Shown here one piece after another: positions 11,001 to 23,192 of a DNA stretch of 64,000 nt. Source of the DNA: Takakia lepidozioides (Eukaryota > Plantae > Bryophyta); contig CM060731.1 in assembly GCA_030704615.1 (NCBI GenBank), positions 55,490,001 through 55,554,000 on the forward strand, in the 5' to 3' direction. The notes below the pieces were generated by a model. That model made no database searches, was not told the origin of the DNA, and saw nothing but the letters and a program-made list of their open reading frames with translations. The stretch's first letter is position 1, and each line of letters opens with the position of its first letter. Both the position numbers and the translations under genes were made by a program.

Positions 11001-13608
11001 TTGACGACATTCACATACGGAGTTGTTGAGAGGTCCTCAGAGTTATGTAAATTTTTGTAATGTCCATAGAGGTTACAGTGAGGGTTCCTCACTTCATTTT
11101 GCTGAATGTCAATGCAGACATTCAGTTGTTCTGCATTGTTTTTGCCTCTTGCGAGGAATCTGGAGGCTTGATAAGCTCTGTTATGAGAAATCCAAAGTGA
11201 ATGTCGTTGACGACATTCACTTCTGTGTCTGTATTATTCACAGCGACAATTTGAATTTACATGGATTGGGAGCTAAGTAATTGGTTCTTTTTGGTATTTT
11301 TGTGAATGGCGTTGACGCCATTCACATACAGTGTATGTTGTGAGGTCCTCAGTGATATGTTCGTTATGAATGTGCATTGAGTTTTCCTGGAGGGTTCCTT
11401 ACTCGAGTTTATGATTTCCATCCTGTGATTTTGCTTCATTTGAGGAATAATTAGGCTTCATTAGTGAATGTCGTTGACGACATTCACTTCTATGTCTGTG
11501 TCATTCCAAACGATAGTTTGCATTCACCTGGATTAGGGTGTATTTACAGTATCATTGAATGGAATGTTTTGAATGGCGTTGACGACATTCACATCTGGAG
11601 CAGTCGTGTGGTCCTGAAAGGTCCTTGGAGCAGTTCTCAGAGCCATTTCAATCTATGTTTTTTTCATTCTGTTCTACTTGCATCTTACTCACTGAGCGCT
11701 TTTGTGGGTTGGGATTTATCTCCTTTTTTCAGGTACACGAAATATGTGCTTATGGAAGGAAATCACCTGAGCGGAATTCCAGACTATCTTGACATGTGGT
11801 CGGACCCTGCAAACGATCCAACCATGTATACTGCAGGGATATTGAAGGACTGGAGTCCTTCTCACTTCAGAGACTGTGGGTGGTACCTTGACTGCCCACC
11901 GGAGCACACGACCTTTCAAGAACAGCATATGAAATACTTGAACAATAACGCTGAGATGCTGGCGCCTTTGACTGACGAAGAGTACAACGAAACATAGCAA
12001 CATTGGCTGCCAAGGAGCCTGATGCTCAGGGAACGCCGCAGAAGGGAAAGAAGGCGGGCCGCAAACCAAAAGACAAGGCTGTTGATGTCATAGCCATCTC
12101 ACCAGCAAAGCCAAAGGACAAAGACAAGTCCAAAGAGAAGGAAAAGGACAAGGGGAAGGAGAATGAAAAGGAGATGGAGAGTGGGCAGGACTTTACTGCT
12201 GGAAGATATACCCGCACTCTTCAGTGCGTGTTCGATGCCAAGCCACACCCTTCCCGTTCTGATTCAGCAGGAGAGATGAAAATTGTTAATGAGGGTTGGC
12301 TTTCGATGATGCAGAGTCGAAAGAGAGGATACACTGGGGTGCCATCCCCTACCTGGGACAATATAATCTCATTCCTCAATCTGGTGAGAATTCCAGTTTC
12401 TTTCCTTTTTCTCTGAAAGTTTCGTTGGCAGTATTTCAGTCTCGTTCTTTGAAAACATTCTTGCCATCGTTCTTATAAAAAACATGTCTGTTGCAGGTGA
12501 GCACAGGTCCCACCTTCGTGTGCGGTGTGCAGAAAACTTATGCGGCCGACATTGTCATTCTCGACATCCCGGATGGCCAGGCTGTGCCAGAAGTTCTTCC
12601 AAAGGGCAAGACGCCAGGCTGGAACAAATTCGAGGACAACTACTGGAGTTGGGTGTTCGGGTTCTGTAACAACTTCCTCTCTGATGCAGGGACACTTCTG
12701 CTTTTTCAGTCATGTGACAATGATAGTCGTCGGGCATTGGCATCATACCTCAAGTCTTCAGGGTTTGAAGTTTTGCGCACATGGAATTGTGTGAACAGCC
12801 TCTACCTTGTGAAAGGGGGTTTCCCTGGTCAGCTGGTATGCGTCTCCCTTCTGCTTGTGCTTTCATCATGAGTTTCAATGTTCTCTGCAGCTCCACTCTA
12901 GTAGAATGTGTTATGATCGACACCGATCATCACCGATTCATGATTTTTTTTGTGTCTGAGTTCTGAATAGCCGATGTACACACTTCCACTATAGATTGTG
13001 TTTACCACACTAACCTGCTATCTTTGGCAGACGAGGATGTTCGAGGCGATCTGCCTGCGGAGGATTCGCACCTCAAAGACACCATCCTCCATCCGCAGCT
13101 TTGAGATTTCTGACCAGGGTTGTTTCGTCAACCCCCCCTATGAGCCCCATGTCGATGACATTTTGTACAACTTCATGCAGTCCAGTCAGACTCTGAAGAG
13201 ACCAGATGGCACTCCCTGGAGAGGTGCAAAGGAAAAGTCCCCGTTCATGCAAATACAAATACTGCTGGAGTCATGCAGCCACCGCTCTGCACGGGTGGTC
13301 GATCTTTCTGTGTCCACAGGTTCGTTTTTTCCCTTCCGAATTGGTTTTCTTTCAACAGTTTCATCTGCTTAAATCCCCCCCTCCAAACTGTTCATGTTCT
13401 CCTGTCTGGTGCAGGAGCAACTTACCATGCATGCAAGGCAGGCGGAAGAAGCCTTTTTGGCATGGAGGGTGATTCTGACCTCTACAACACAGTGCTCCTC
13501 CCCCTTTTGTCTGGCTCCACTTCAGGCACACAGACTGATCGGATTCAAATTCGAAATGATGACGATCCCGAAGATAAGCAGGTCGACAACGACTTTTCAT
13601 GTGAGTAA
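8035..13608 (+). CDS. Spliced ParB/Srx-like domain + beta-class N4C/N6A DNA methyltransferase-fold fusion (element A); a few frameshifts
   Basis: ParB signature FYVWDGNHRLLAW (ORF 9227); MTase motifs ADIVILDIPDG (motif IV-like), KSP..ILLESCS..RVVDLSVSTG|ATYHAC..GRSLFGMEGD (motifs X, I, II). GT-AG exons approx 9227-9677, 9771-9961, 10045-10481, 10567-10718, 11732-12383, 12498-12835, 13031-13319, 13415-13608; first exon 8035-8327 is tentative. Confidence 0.75.
10871..11593. repeat. Six copies of the 24-bp palindrome GTGAATG(T/G)CGT-TG-ACG(A/C)CATTCAC (A-type) within an intron
   Basis: GAATG cores at 10872, 10993, 11199, 11304, 11466 and 11571, as three pairs spaced 121/105/105 bp; degenerate copies near 8380-8420, 8570-8597 and 8985-9008. 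Confidence 0.92.
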
Positions 13609-14049
13609 GTGCTAAACCCTCTTTGGGAGTCATACTCAATTTCTCAATAACATCAAAGTTACAGTAATAACTTTTTCAGGCTGTCTTTCAGGAAAGGCAA
13701 CGGTGGATCTTCAGGAGATACAGTCATTTCTGGCGAGTCTGTTTTCGACAGCCCCCTTTCCAATTTTCTGCTTCATGTTTATGCCGAAGCAATGGCACTT
13801 CACGCGGCCGAGTCCCTATCCCTATCCCCTGACTTTTTAGTGGCCAGCCGTAGGTGTATCCAGCGTGGATCCGGTGTTCTAAAATACTTAGACTTAGATG
13901 CAGAGGAAGCGGGGATACATTGTACTGACTCTGAGTCAGACTGAACTGTATTCTTTTAATATTCATTTTCATACTATCTGGAAAACGTTGAATCCCTTCC
14001 TCCACCGTAGTTGTTCCTTTAGAACAAATAATAATCACATCAACTTTCA

Positions 14050-14430
14050 TTTAAATTGCAATATGTATGAATCCATCTCACAAACCTCCCTGACTCTTCT
14101 CATATCCATTGTGCATTCATCTACAGTGTATTCATGCGTGCTCCATTCATGAATTTTTTTCTTTGTTCAACATCCATTGTACATTCATCCTCTGTACTCT
14201 TTAATCCACCCCACAAACCTTCCACACTCATTTCATATACGTTGTGCATTCGTCAAAAGTTTTGGTCATGCATCTTCCTGTCATGAATTTTTGTCATTGC
14301 TCAACATCCATTATACATTCATCCATTTTACTCTTATCCATCCCTCATTCATCCATCTACATTCATTTTTCACACTCATCCATCTGTTTATCATCCAACT
14401 GTACATTCATCCATCCTTTATTCAATGCCT
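14050..14430. repeat. Low-complexity CATC/CATT-rich tract
   Basis: Repeated cattcat/catccat words. Confidence 0.6.
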
Positions 14431-14504
14431 TTTATTATGTCGTCCAGCTTGTTTCCGCGGTAAAGGGTGCCAATCCGCGGGAATACACTCCACTTCTTTC
14501 TGGG

Positions 14505-14636
14505 CGCGTGGTGACGCGGCCTTCACGTGTGATGACGTGGAGTGAGCCCCGTGACGTGGCATTTGCGCAAGGTGACGTGGCGTGAGCGCAGTTGCGCTCA
14601 CGCGCTCACGTGACCAGGCTCACGTCGAGGCATCCC
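14505..14636. repeat. Subterminal motif cluster of element A (GTGAGC/GCTCAC, GTGACGTGG, CACGTG) and putative right terminus
   Basis: cgtgagcgcagttgcgctcacgcgctcacgtgaccaggctcacgtcgaggcatccc parallels the GCTCAT-repeat terminus of element B. Confidence 0.65.
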
Positions 14637-15999
14637 TGAGAATTAGGAACAACGGGAACAGAAATGCGGCACCGCATTTTCGTCGAGTCGCACTTTCTGA
14701 CTTCAGAACGGAAATGCGGCGCCCGCATTTCTGTTTTGTATCTGATGCATGGAGCCGAGTGCAATTCCGACCGCATGAGATTCAACTATCTCCGACGGAA
14801 ATGCGTACCGCATTTCCGTTCTGACTGAAAATCGTAACCCTCGGAACTGAAATGCGCAAAGCGCATTTCCATCCGAGTCGCACCTCCCTCACAAACTAGA
14901 ACGGAAATGCGGCACCGCATTTCCGCCCGGGTGAGACCTTCATACTCTCCAGAACGGAAATGCGGCACCGCATTTCCGTTCTTATGAAAAATCGTGAAAC
15001 ATCGGAACTGAAAATGCGGTACAGCATTCTGTCGGAGTCGCACCTTCCGACATTCCAAAATGGAAATGCGGCGCCGCATTTCCGTTTTGTATGTGAGGCA
15101 TAGAGCTTTGGAACGAAAATGCGGCACCGCATTTCTGCCCGGGTCAGACTTTAATACTCTACAGAACGGAAATGCGGTACCGCATTTCCGTTCTGACTGA
15201 AAATCGCCAACAGCGGGAACAGAAATGCGTCGCAACTTCCACTTCGACATTCTAGAACGGAAATGCGGCGCCGCATTTCCGTTTTGTATATGAGGCCTGG
15301 AGCTGTGGGACGGAAATGCGGCAGGCACTCCGCATTTCCGTTCAGGTGAGACCTCTATACTTTCCCGAACGGAAATGTGGCACGGCATTTCCGTTCATCA
15401 ACTAAGGTATGTGAAGGGGAACGGAAATGCGGTACCGCATTCCTTTCAGATTGAAAATCATGAACCACGGAACTGAAATGTTGTGCCGCATTTCCCGCCG
15501 GATCGCACGTTTCGACATTCCTGAACGGAAATGCGGCGCCGCATTTCCCTTTTGTATCTCATACATGGAGCTGTGGGACGGAAATGCGGCACCGTATTTC
15601 CGTTCAACAACTAAGGTATGTGAAGGTGGAACGGAAATGCGGTGCCGCATTTTCTTCCAACAAGCACGGATGTGTAGCTTCGTGATGGTACTTAACGGAA
15701 ATGGGGCACCGCATTCGCATTTTCACTCCAACTCCAAATTTGAACACGTGGAGCAACGGAATTGCGGCACATGTCTGCACTCTATCTGACTGAAGTGGCA
15801 TGAGGCGCGCGGCCTGACCGTTGTTGGATAATGATGTTTGTTTTTTGGATGGCAGGGCGTATCCTGAACGATTCGAATTTTGTAATGACGCAAAGTCCAC
15901 GAGGAGACCTTCCTCCAACCCTTCGAACCCAAGTGCTGCATCACTGCCGTTTCATCTTCTTTTGTCGTGTCTCCTCAGTCACCCCTCTCGCGCCCTTTC
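14637..15999 (+). repeat. Fragment B' of a second B-family element: 53-bp-period palindrome array plus region upstream of the ParB-MTase gene
   Basis: Colinear with 33717-35048; more than 20 copies of GGAAATGCGG-YR-CCGCATTTCC. Confidence 0.92.
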
Positions 16000-18900
16000 T
16001 ATCGCGCACCTCACTTTGGTAAGCTCCCCCTCAAGTCATAGTTACTCGCTTTGAGGCGCGCGCCTGACTCCCAACCTGGCCGCCGGGCCAACTTGGAGCT
16101 TCGGCTGCTCACCGGGGCATAACGGTCCCCCTTTGTTCTCCCAAGAACCCTCCACGATTTGGAACCAGCGGGAATTCCCTTTGGTAGTTGGCAGTCCTGA
16201 ACAGCTCCCCACTCTTTGGTCGCTTTCCGGCTCGCTCGCTTACTCACTAGTTTTTGGTCACCAACGGGCTTGCACCGTTCTCGGGGTTACTACTCCCTAT
16301 ATATACTTCTGTAGCTGTCCGCGGGGGTTTCACACAACAACCATGCCATTTTATGGCGAACCACCACGAAAACCCTCGACTCCCGGTGATGAGTCGCGGT
16401 GAGTCTTGGCCCACCCACCACGGCCCCTATGGACCGTGACGAGTCCCAAGACTCCCCACGACTCCCACCACGAGGTCTCCGCCCCAAGGTGAGTCCTATG
16501 CCACCCCCACTAAGTCCCGCTAAGCTACCACCACCCCTTTGTGAAGCCACCCCCACCGCATCCCGGTGTGCGGGGCTCCACCTAGTGAGCACCTCCGCCC
16601 CCTTGAGTGCTTTGGCACTCAAGGGTGCTTCAGCCCCCCGTACCTATCGCTGCCATTGCCCCCCCCACAGGGGCAGCCCTCATGTGTCCTGACCCCCTGC
16701 CCTCAAGGCAAAGGGCCGCGACACACACCCCTACCAACAGGGAGTCGATGTCCTCATCGACTTGTCCATTTTGTAGAAACAAACATCCAAGTTGTGGCGT
16801 CCCACATCAAGGAGTTTGTTTCCGTACCATGGCGTCCCATGGCAAAGAACCAAACCCCACACTTGACTCTACTCTCCACTAGCTAGTTCGGCCGACTTCC
16901 TCCAAGTCCCGCCAGGGGTGGAGCCTCTCAAGCTCCTCCCAGTGCACTCTTCTTGGCCTACTTCAAGGCCAAGGAACGATCCTCCCCGAGGATCGAATCG
17001 CCTTACTGCAACAACATTGCTTGCGATCGCTCATGATGCCGCCTTTGGCATCACCTTGCGCAAGGGTTCACCTTGAACCCCCTTTGACTAGGAAGATAAC
17101 CTTGAACCAACCGTGCACCCCAATCAATACAATTGGGTCCGTCTTGGAATGCCGGCCTGAGTTACAGGAACACATCGAAGCCGCACTACGACTTCGTCCC
17201 GAGGCTACACGATTATAGTACGTGAACGGAAGCACGTAGCTTCCGTGTTAGCCCGCACTACAAGGCAACCACCTCGGTAGCGTAGTTATAGTACGCGCAC
17301 GCGCCAGGTGCGCACTAGCACGCGAACTCCCAAAGAAGGCGCATGTTTCCTTGCCCCTTGGATGGGAATCACCCGATTTCGGCACTGCGCAAACACACGA
17401 TTAACCCAATTTACCTCTCCCACTTTTGTAAGCTAGCATGCATTCTACACACTAGCCAACCACACCATGCATCACCATTCCAAACAAAATAGGACGCACA
17501 ACATTTGGAACCCATTTCCTTTATAACAAATTTTTGTACAATACAAGTTTTTGCAATCAGATTCCTGAGTTAGCTAAGCCGGGCTAAGCATGCATTTCCT
17601 CCCCCATGCTCCAAGGTTGATGTCCCCATCAACGCTTCTTCCGCTTTTGAGGTTGCCCTTCAAAAACTGCAACCGCCTCGGATGCGTTTCCCATTTCTGA
17701 GGCACGCACCCAAGATGCCTCCACATGATGATAGCCCTTCCATTTGACGAGATACTCCGTTTCTCGGTTCTTGAACCTCCTCGACTTAAGTACTGCCTCC
17801 ACCTCGTACTCAGGTTCATTTTCATGATCCAACAGCACAGGTGGCGGACGCAACACTTGATGCCGATTCGGGCGCGCTTCATCTTTGAAGTAAGGCTTCA
17901 AAAGGGAGACGTGAAATACTGGATGCACCTTGCTATTTGCCGGCAGCTCCAATTCATACACATCCTCATTCATAACCTTCCGGATGCGAAAGGGTCCCGC
18001 ATACGGAGGTACGAACTTTGGACTCACTTCCGGAGGTAGTCGGAAATTCTTGATGTTCATCCAGACCTCCGTGCCTGCCTCAAACTTCACTTCCCTCCGC
18101 TTCCGATTCGCCTGCCTTTCATACCGTTTCCTAGCTTTGGCAATGTTGTACTTTGCGAGCTTCAACAAACGCTTGCGTTCTTCTAGTACCGCCGCTACTG
18201 CCGGTTCCTCAACGTCCTGGGCGGCCCAACTTGTCGGCACCAGAGGTGCTTTTCCATAGACCAATACAAAAGGGGAAACTCCCGTTGCGGAGTGTTTGTG
18301 TTATTATAACAGAACTTTGCCGCGTCTAAGTGTTCCACCCAGTCTGTTGGTCTGCCGACACGTAATTCCGCAAGATCTGCTTCACTACGGAATTCACTCT
18401 TTATGTTTGGCCGTCGGTCGTAGGTCGGAAGGCAGTGCTCATCCTCAGCCTCGTCCCCATCTTCTTCCAAAGTGCCCTCCAAAATTTACTCGTAAACTTT
18501 GGATCGCGGTCCGAGACAATATCCTTGGGACTCCATGATGCTTTAAGACGTGGGCGAAGTAAAGTCGCCCTGTTTCCTGCGCCGTTGCCGTCTCCTTGGT
18601 GGGGATGAAATGACCCATTTTACTGAACCTATCCACCACCACCATGATTGCATCGAATCCTTTTGACAGCGGCATAGCAGTCATGAAATCCATCGAGACG
18701 CTTTCCCAAGTCCCCTCTGGAATCGGTAAGGGTTGTAACAGCCCCGCTTGCTTTTTGTACTCGCTCCGGTTTTGTTGGCATGTGGTGCATGTCTTGACAT
18801 ACTCCTCTGCCTCCTCCCTCAGTTTGGGCCAGAAATACTCTTTCTTCAAGAGTGCCGCAGTGCGCTTGGCTCCGCCGTGGCCCGCAAGCGGGCTATCATG

Positions 18901-21008
18901 GCATTCTCTCAAGAGGCTATCTCTGATCCCTCCCTTCGGCACGTAGAGACGCTTTTGCTTATACCGGAGCAGTCCATTTTGCAAGTGGAACTGCGATTTA
19001 ACCCCCATCCTCAAGTCTTGCATCACGGACTTCGCCAGCTCATCCTTCCGGCAAGCCTTCCGGATCTTCCTTTGGAGCGCCATCTCGCCCTTGTACACCA
19101 ACAAGAGCTGCTGCTTTCTACTTAAAGCATCGGCTACCACGTTGTCTCGTCCCGGTTTGTACTGGATATCCACGTCGAACACTGCCAAAGTATCTTGCCA
19201 CCTAAGTTGTTTTGGGGACAACTTGGGCTGCGTGGCAAAATACTTCACTGTGACATTGTCCGTGAACACCTTCACTGGGTTGGAACCAACATAGTGGCGC
19301 CAAAGCTCAAGACAGTGCACCACCGCCTTCATCTCTTTCTCGTGTGTCGGCCACCGTCGCTCCACTTCATTCAGTTTCTTACTTTCGTAAGCCACTGGAC
19401 GTCCATCTTGCATCAGTACACCCCTAATCGCGAAGTCCGACGCATCTGTATGTATCTCGAACGGACGATCGAACTCCGTGATTTTCAAGACTGGAGCTTC
19501 CGCCATCCGCTGCTTCAATTCAGCAAAAGCTTGGCCACACAAGGTGTTCCATACCCAGACTTTGGATTTACACAGAAGGTCTGACTACGGCCCTGCGATC
19601 TTGGCGAAATTTCTCACATACTTCCGGTAATAGGAGGCGAGTCCTAGGAAGGATCGCACTCCCGGGACCGAAGTCGGAGGCTCCCAGTCCAAGATCGCCC
19701 TCACTTTTCTGTCATCCATTTTGATCCCATCCTGTGTAATCACATGCCCCAGGAACTCCACTTTTGTGACCCCGAATTCGCACTTTGAAGCTTTGGCATA
19801 CAGCTTCCCTTCTCGCAATTTTTGGAACACCCTTTTCAGGTGCTCCTCCTTTGTTTTCGAGTACACCAAGATGTCGTCGATGTACACGATCACAAAGTCA
19901 TCCAACCACTCCTGAAAAAGGCTGTTCATCAGCGTGCTAAATGTCGCTGGTGCATTGGTGAGCCCAAAAGGCATCACCAAGAACTCATATGAACCATACC
20001 TTGTCCTGCACGCGGTCTTCTCCTCATCTCCTTCCGCCACCCGAATTTGATGATAGCCGGAGCGCAAGTCGATCCGGCTGAAATACTTCGCTCCTGCCAA
20101 CCGATCAAAGAGGTCGTCGATCCTTGGCAAAGGGTACCGGTTTTTGATAGTCACCTTATTCAGAGCCCTGTAATCGACACACATCCGCAGCGTCCCATCC
20201 TTTTTATCTGCAAATAGCACCGGGGCTCCGTAAGGTGACTTACTCGGCTGGATGTACCCCTTTGACATTAGATCTTTGAGCTGAGTCTTCAGCTCGATCA
20301 ACTCTCTGTGGCTCAATTGGTAGGGCGCCTTGGCAGGCGGTTCCGATCCCGGTATCACCTCAATCTTGTGGTCAACTCCTCTTCGCGGTGGCAAGCCGCT
20401 TGGTAAATCCTCCGGCATCACATCCTAGTATTTCTCCAAATCCCCTTGATCCAATCTGGGCTCGGCTCCCCATCGCCTTCTCCCTTCATTCTCTAATGTA
20501 GAGCAAAAACTGGGGCTCGTGTGCCTCCTCCACGGCCCACTCCCTTGCTGACAGAAGGTTTATTGCCCTCCCACGGGTTTGGGCATTCCGACACTCATAA
20601 GTCCTCGCCACCCATTCCCACATGGCAGCGTGCAGCTGACTACTCTCTTGCGGGCCATCTATGACCGCTCCGGATTTGCTCAAAAAGGTCATCCCCAAAA
20701 ATGAGATCCACTTCCATCGATCTCGCAGATGGTGAAGTTCTCACGTCCCTCCCAACTCCCCAGTTGAAGAGGAACATCAAAACGCCAACCTTGTCGCCAA
20801 TTGCGGTTCTCCTTGGCAGAACGCACCTCAATAGAGGCCCCCACGTCACTTGTCGGGAGTCCCAGCTTTTGCGCCGTTGCCGGTGTCATGAAGGAGTGCG
20901 ACGCTCCTGTGTCCACCAACAACGACACGTTAGTTCCGGAATTATCCCATCAACGAACAATAACTGACTCCCTTTACGTAAGGCACCAGTTTCCTGATAC
21001 AACTCACA
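16000..21008 (-). mobile_element. Ty3/Gypsy chromovirus, 5'-truncated copy (3' LTR 16000-16723; gag and 5' LTR missing)
   Basis: LTR matches 31924-32647 in reverse; PPT adjacent at 16724-16735; pol ORFs on the minus strand. Confidence 0.95.
17629..21008 (-). pseudogene. pol: Chromovirus pol: protease, RT, RNase H, integrase, chromodomain (frameshifted)
   Basis: LVDTGASHSF; [10 protein letters not shown]; HTDASDFA; HDSPLAGH..CTTC; SMDF; GPF; EYEVEAVL..YLVKWKGY..SW. Confidence 0.95.
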
Positions 21009-21270
21009 GAGGTTAAATTTCATGAGCAGAAACAATGAGCCATGACCATGAGCCGCATGAGCCGCATGAGCGGTGAGCCAAAGTCTAAGACATGCGGATT
21101 TCATGAGCGGACTCCTCCAAATTTGGAAATGCGGCAGATTAAACAAGTATTAAAATAATAGTTTTATATTTGACCTTGCCGTTTTTGGAAGTTACGGATC
21201 CTGTAATGCGGCAAAGATATGTCGTCAGTAACAACTCCGCTCATGGTTTTTTAGATCCGCTCATGAAATG
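21009..21270. repeat. Left terminus of element B with ATGAGC subterminal repeats
   Basis: gaggttaaatttcatgagcagaaacaatgagccatgaccatgagccgcatgagccgcatgagcgg; further atttcatgagcgga at ~21098 and its inverse at ~21256. Confidence 0.75.
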
Positions 21271-23192
21271 AGTGACGTTGCAACGACAAATCCAGTATAC
21301 CACGGCAAAAGGACGTCGCATACTGGCCTGTATAGAGTATTACGCGGTTTTACATGCCTTAACATTGGAATGAAGCTGACCCTTTTGCCGACGACTGAAC
21401 CAATAGAGTCTGCACATTCTATCATCTTCCAGTATTCGGTGGGAAAGTTTTGCAAGTGAACTAGGAAATGCGGTGCCGCATTAGGGTTCGCACGTGCGAA
21501 ATTTCTGGGCAACGGTGGTGTTGCTGACTGCCGCATTACCAGTACCTACGACGTTACTTTGGAAATGCGGCGCGCATTTCCTTGCCGGGGGTCGAATGAG
21601 GAAAGCAAAGTTTTGGGAGAGCAAAAAAACAGGAACCCTCCAACACACAAAAATACATGCACGTGGAAACACATAGTATTATCGACGTTCGAGCAAAACA
21701 GGTTACTGGTAGGCAAGACATAAGTCGGACCTTTCTGTGACTAGAGTCAGAGCTACTTGCAGCAGTACAGTTCTACTATCCGAAAAGGATGGGCGTACCA
21801 TTGTGTTGGGACCGCAAGCCAAGGTCACTGATCCCCTGGATCCATATTCAGAAGAGTGTGCACCTCTTGGGGGCTCAACCCTGGTGCAGGTATGAAGTGA
21901 TGAGTTGTGGAATTACACCGGAGTCTCTTTAGGTACACGTAGTACAGATGCTTGCAAGGGCAGTATGATGCCCCCTTGTTCGCCATGATCTGAAAGTCGG
22001 TGCAATTGCAGGTGGGTAATTCTGAAATGGTGATGGTGTACACCTCATTGCGAACAGCTGAGCCTGCCGTGGCCATCTGATACACACGCCCGAAGCCTGG
22101 TGGGGGCACTTCTGTCGAGCTCTGGATTGTACAGTTCATCCGAAGTGCATTCCCCATCCTCGTCTCGTTCACTTTTGAGGGGGTCGCCGCCTTCGGTTTC
22201 CCCAAACGGTGTGTAGGATGCTTAGAGTGTCGGGGTCCCATTGTTCTTGCTTCACAAGGGTTGGTGGTGGAGGTTGTGGAAGCGGGAAATGGTTGTCTGG
22301 GGACGTCAGTGCGCTGCACCATCCGAAATCCTGCGGCGGTAAGGGCGTCGGCCTCAACCTGACTCAGATCGCAGCCTGGTTCCACGGCCACACCGGGAGA
22401 GCCTCTGGCATTGTTTGTATGCCGTTATTGGGTTTCCATACATGCAAGTCATAATGTCGTGCCTGCAGAACCAGAACTGGGTGGTTGTCGCCTCCGCAAA
22501 CTTTGCATGGACAAATCTTCCTGTAAAAGTAGGAGCAGGGACAGCACCAATGGATTCCTCTTTATCATCTCTAAACAACGTTGCCGTGTATCCACTCGAA
22601 TTGCGGAACACCTGCCTCGAAACGACGCTTTGTGCGAGCAATTTCCACTGTGACGCAGACACAGTCGTCTCCACAATGGCTTGGCCAACTGCATAACAGG
22701 GGGCGGAATCTGGGGCAAGCGAGCGGTGGGAATTTCTCGCACGGAATCCCTGCTTGAAGGCGATGGCGATCTGGAATTTCTTGGGCTTCCACTGCTGGAA
22801 GACACATTGTGCGGCAACATGACGGGCCTCGAGGTGCTGTCTGAATGTTCCTGTCGGATCTCCAGGAATCTCTTCGCACCCGGGTTCCTCTTCAATCCTC
22901 CGCCTCACAGGGCGAGTACGGACGTCCCCTCTAAGTGTTCACCTCTGCGGTGTAGAGGCGTCCCTTGATCTTCTCTCGCAATGTTGTCGCCCATTTCAGT
23001 GGATTCTTCGACCTCGAAGTTGTTCGCACCAACAATCCTCCCTGTCCGGCCAAAGCCCCATTGTTTCCGCTCAGGAACTTGTAGTACGTGGCTTGCTGCA
23101 TGATTGCTCTGTCGATGTCCTCCGTTGTGGCCGTCACTACGTCCACCAGATGTGCGGCAGAAGACGCTCGCCAGGAGGAGTGCACTGTTCTG

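Larger units (their letters stand above)
5208..14636. mobile_element. Mutator-like DNA transposon 'element A' (left-truncated): transposase(-) head-to-head with ParB-MTase(+)
   Basis: Same gene layout as element B; right end has GCTCAC/GTGAGC subterminal motifs and ends ...GGCATCCC at 14636, where B-type array sequence abruptly begins. Confidence 0.75.

Noticed and set aside
8035-13608. Bacterial or phage contamination as the source of ParB-MTase
   Set aside because: GT-AG introns at positions shared between two copies, and interleaving with plant retroelements
16011-16886. ORFs within LTR copies
   Set aside because: GC-rich LTR sequence, with frames inconsistent between copies
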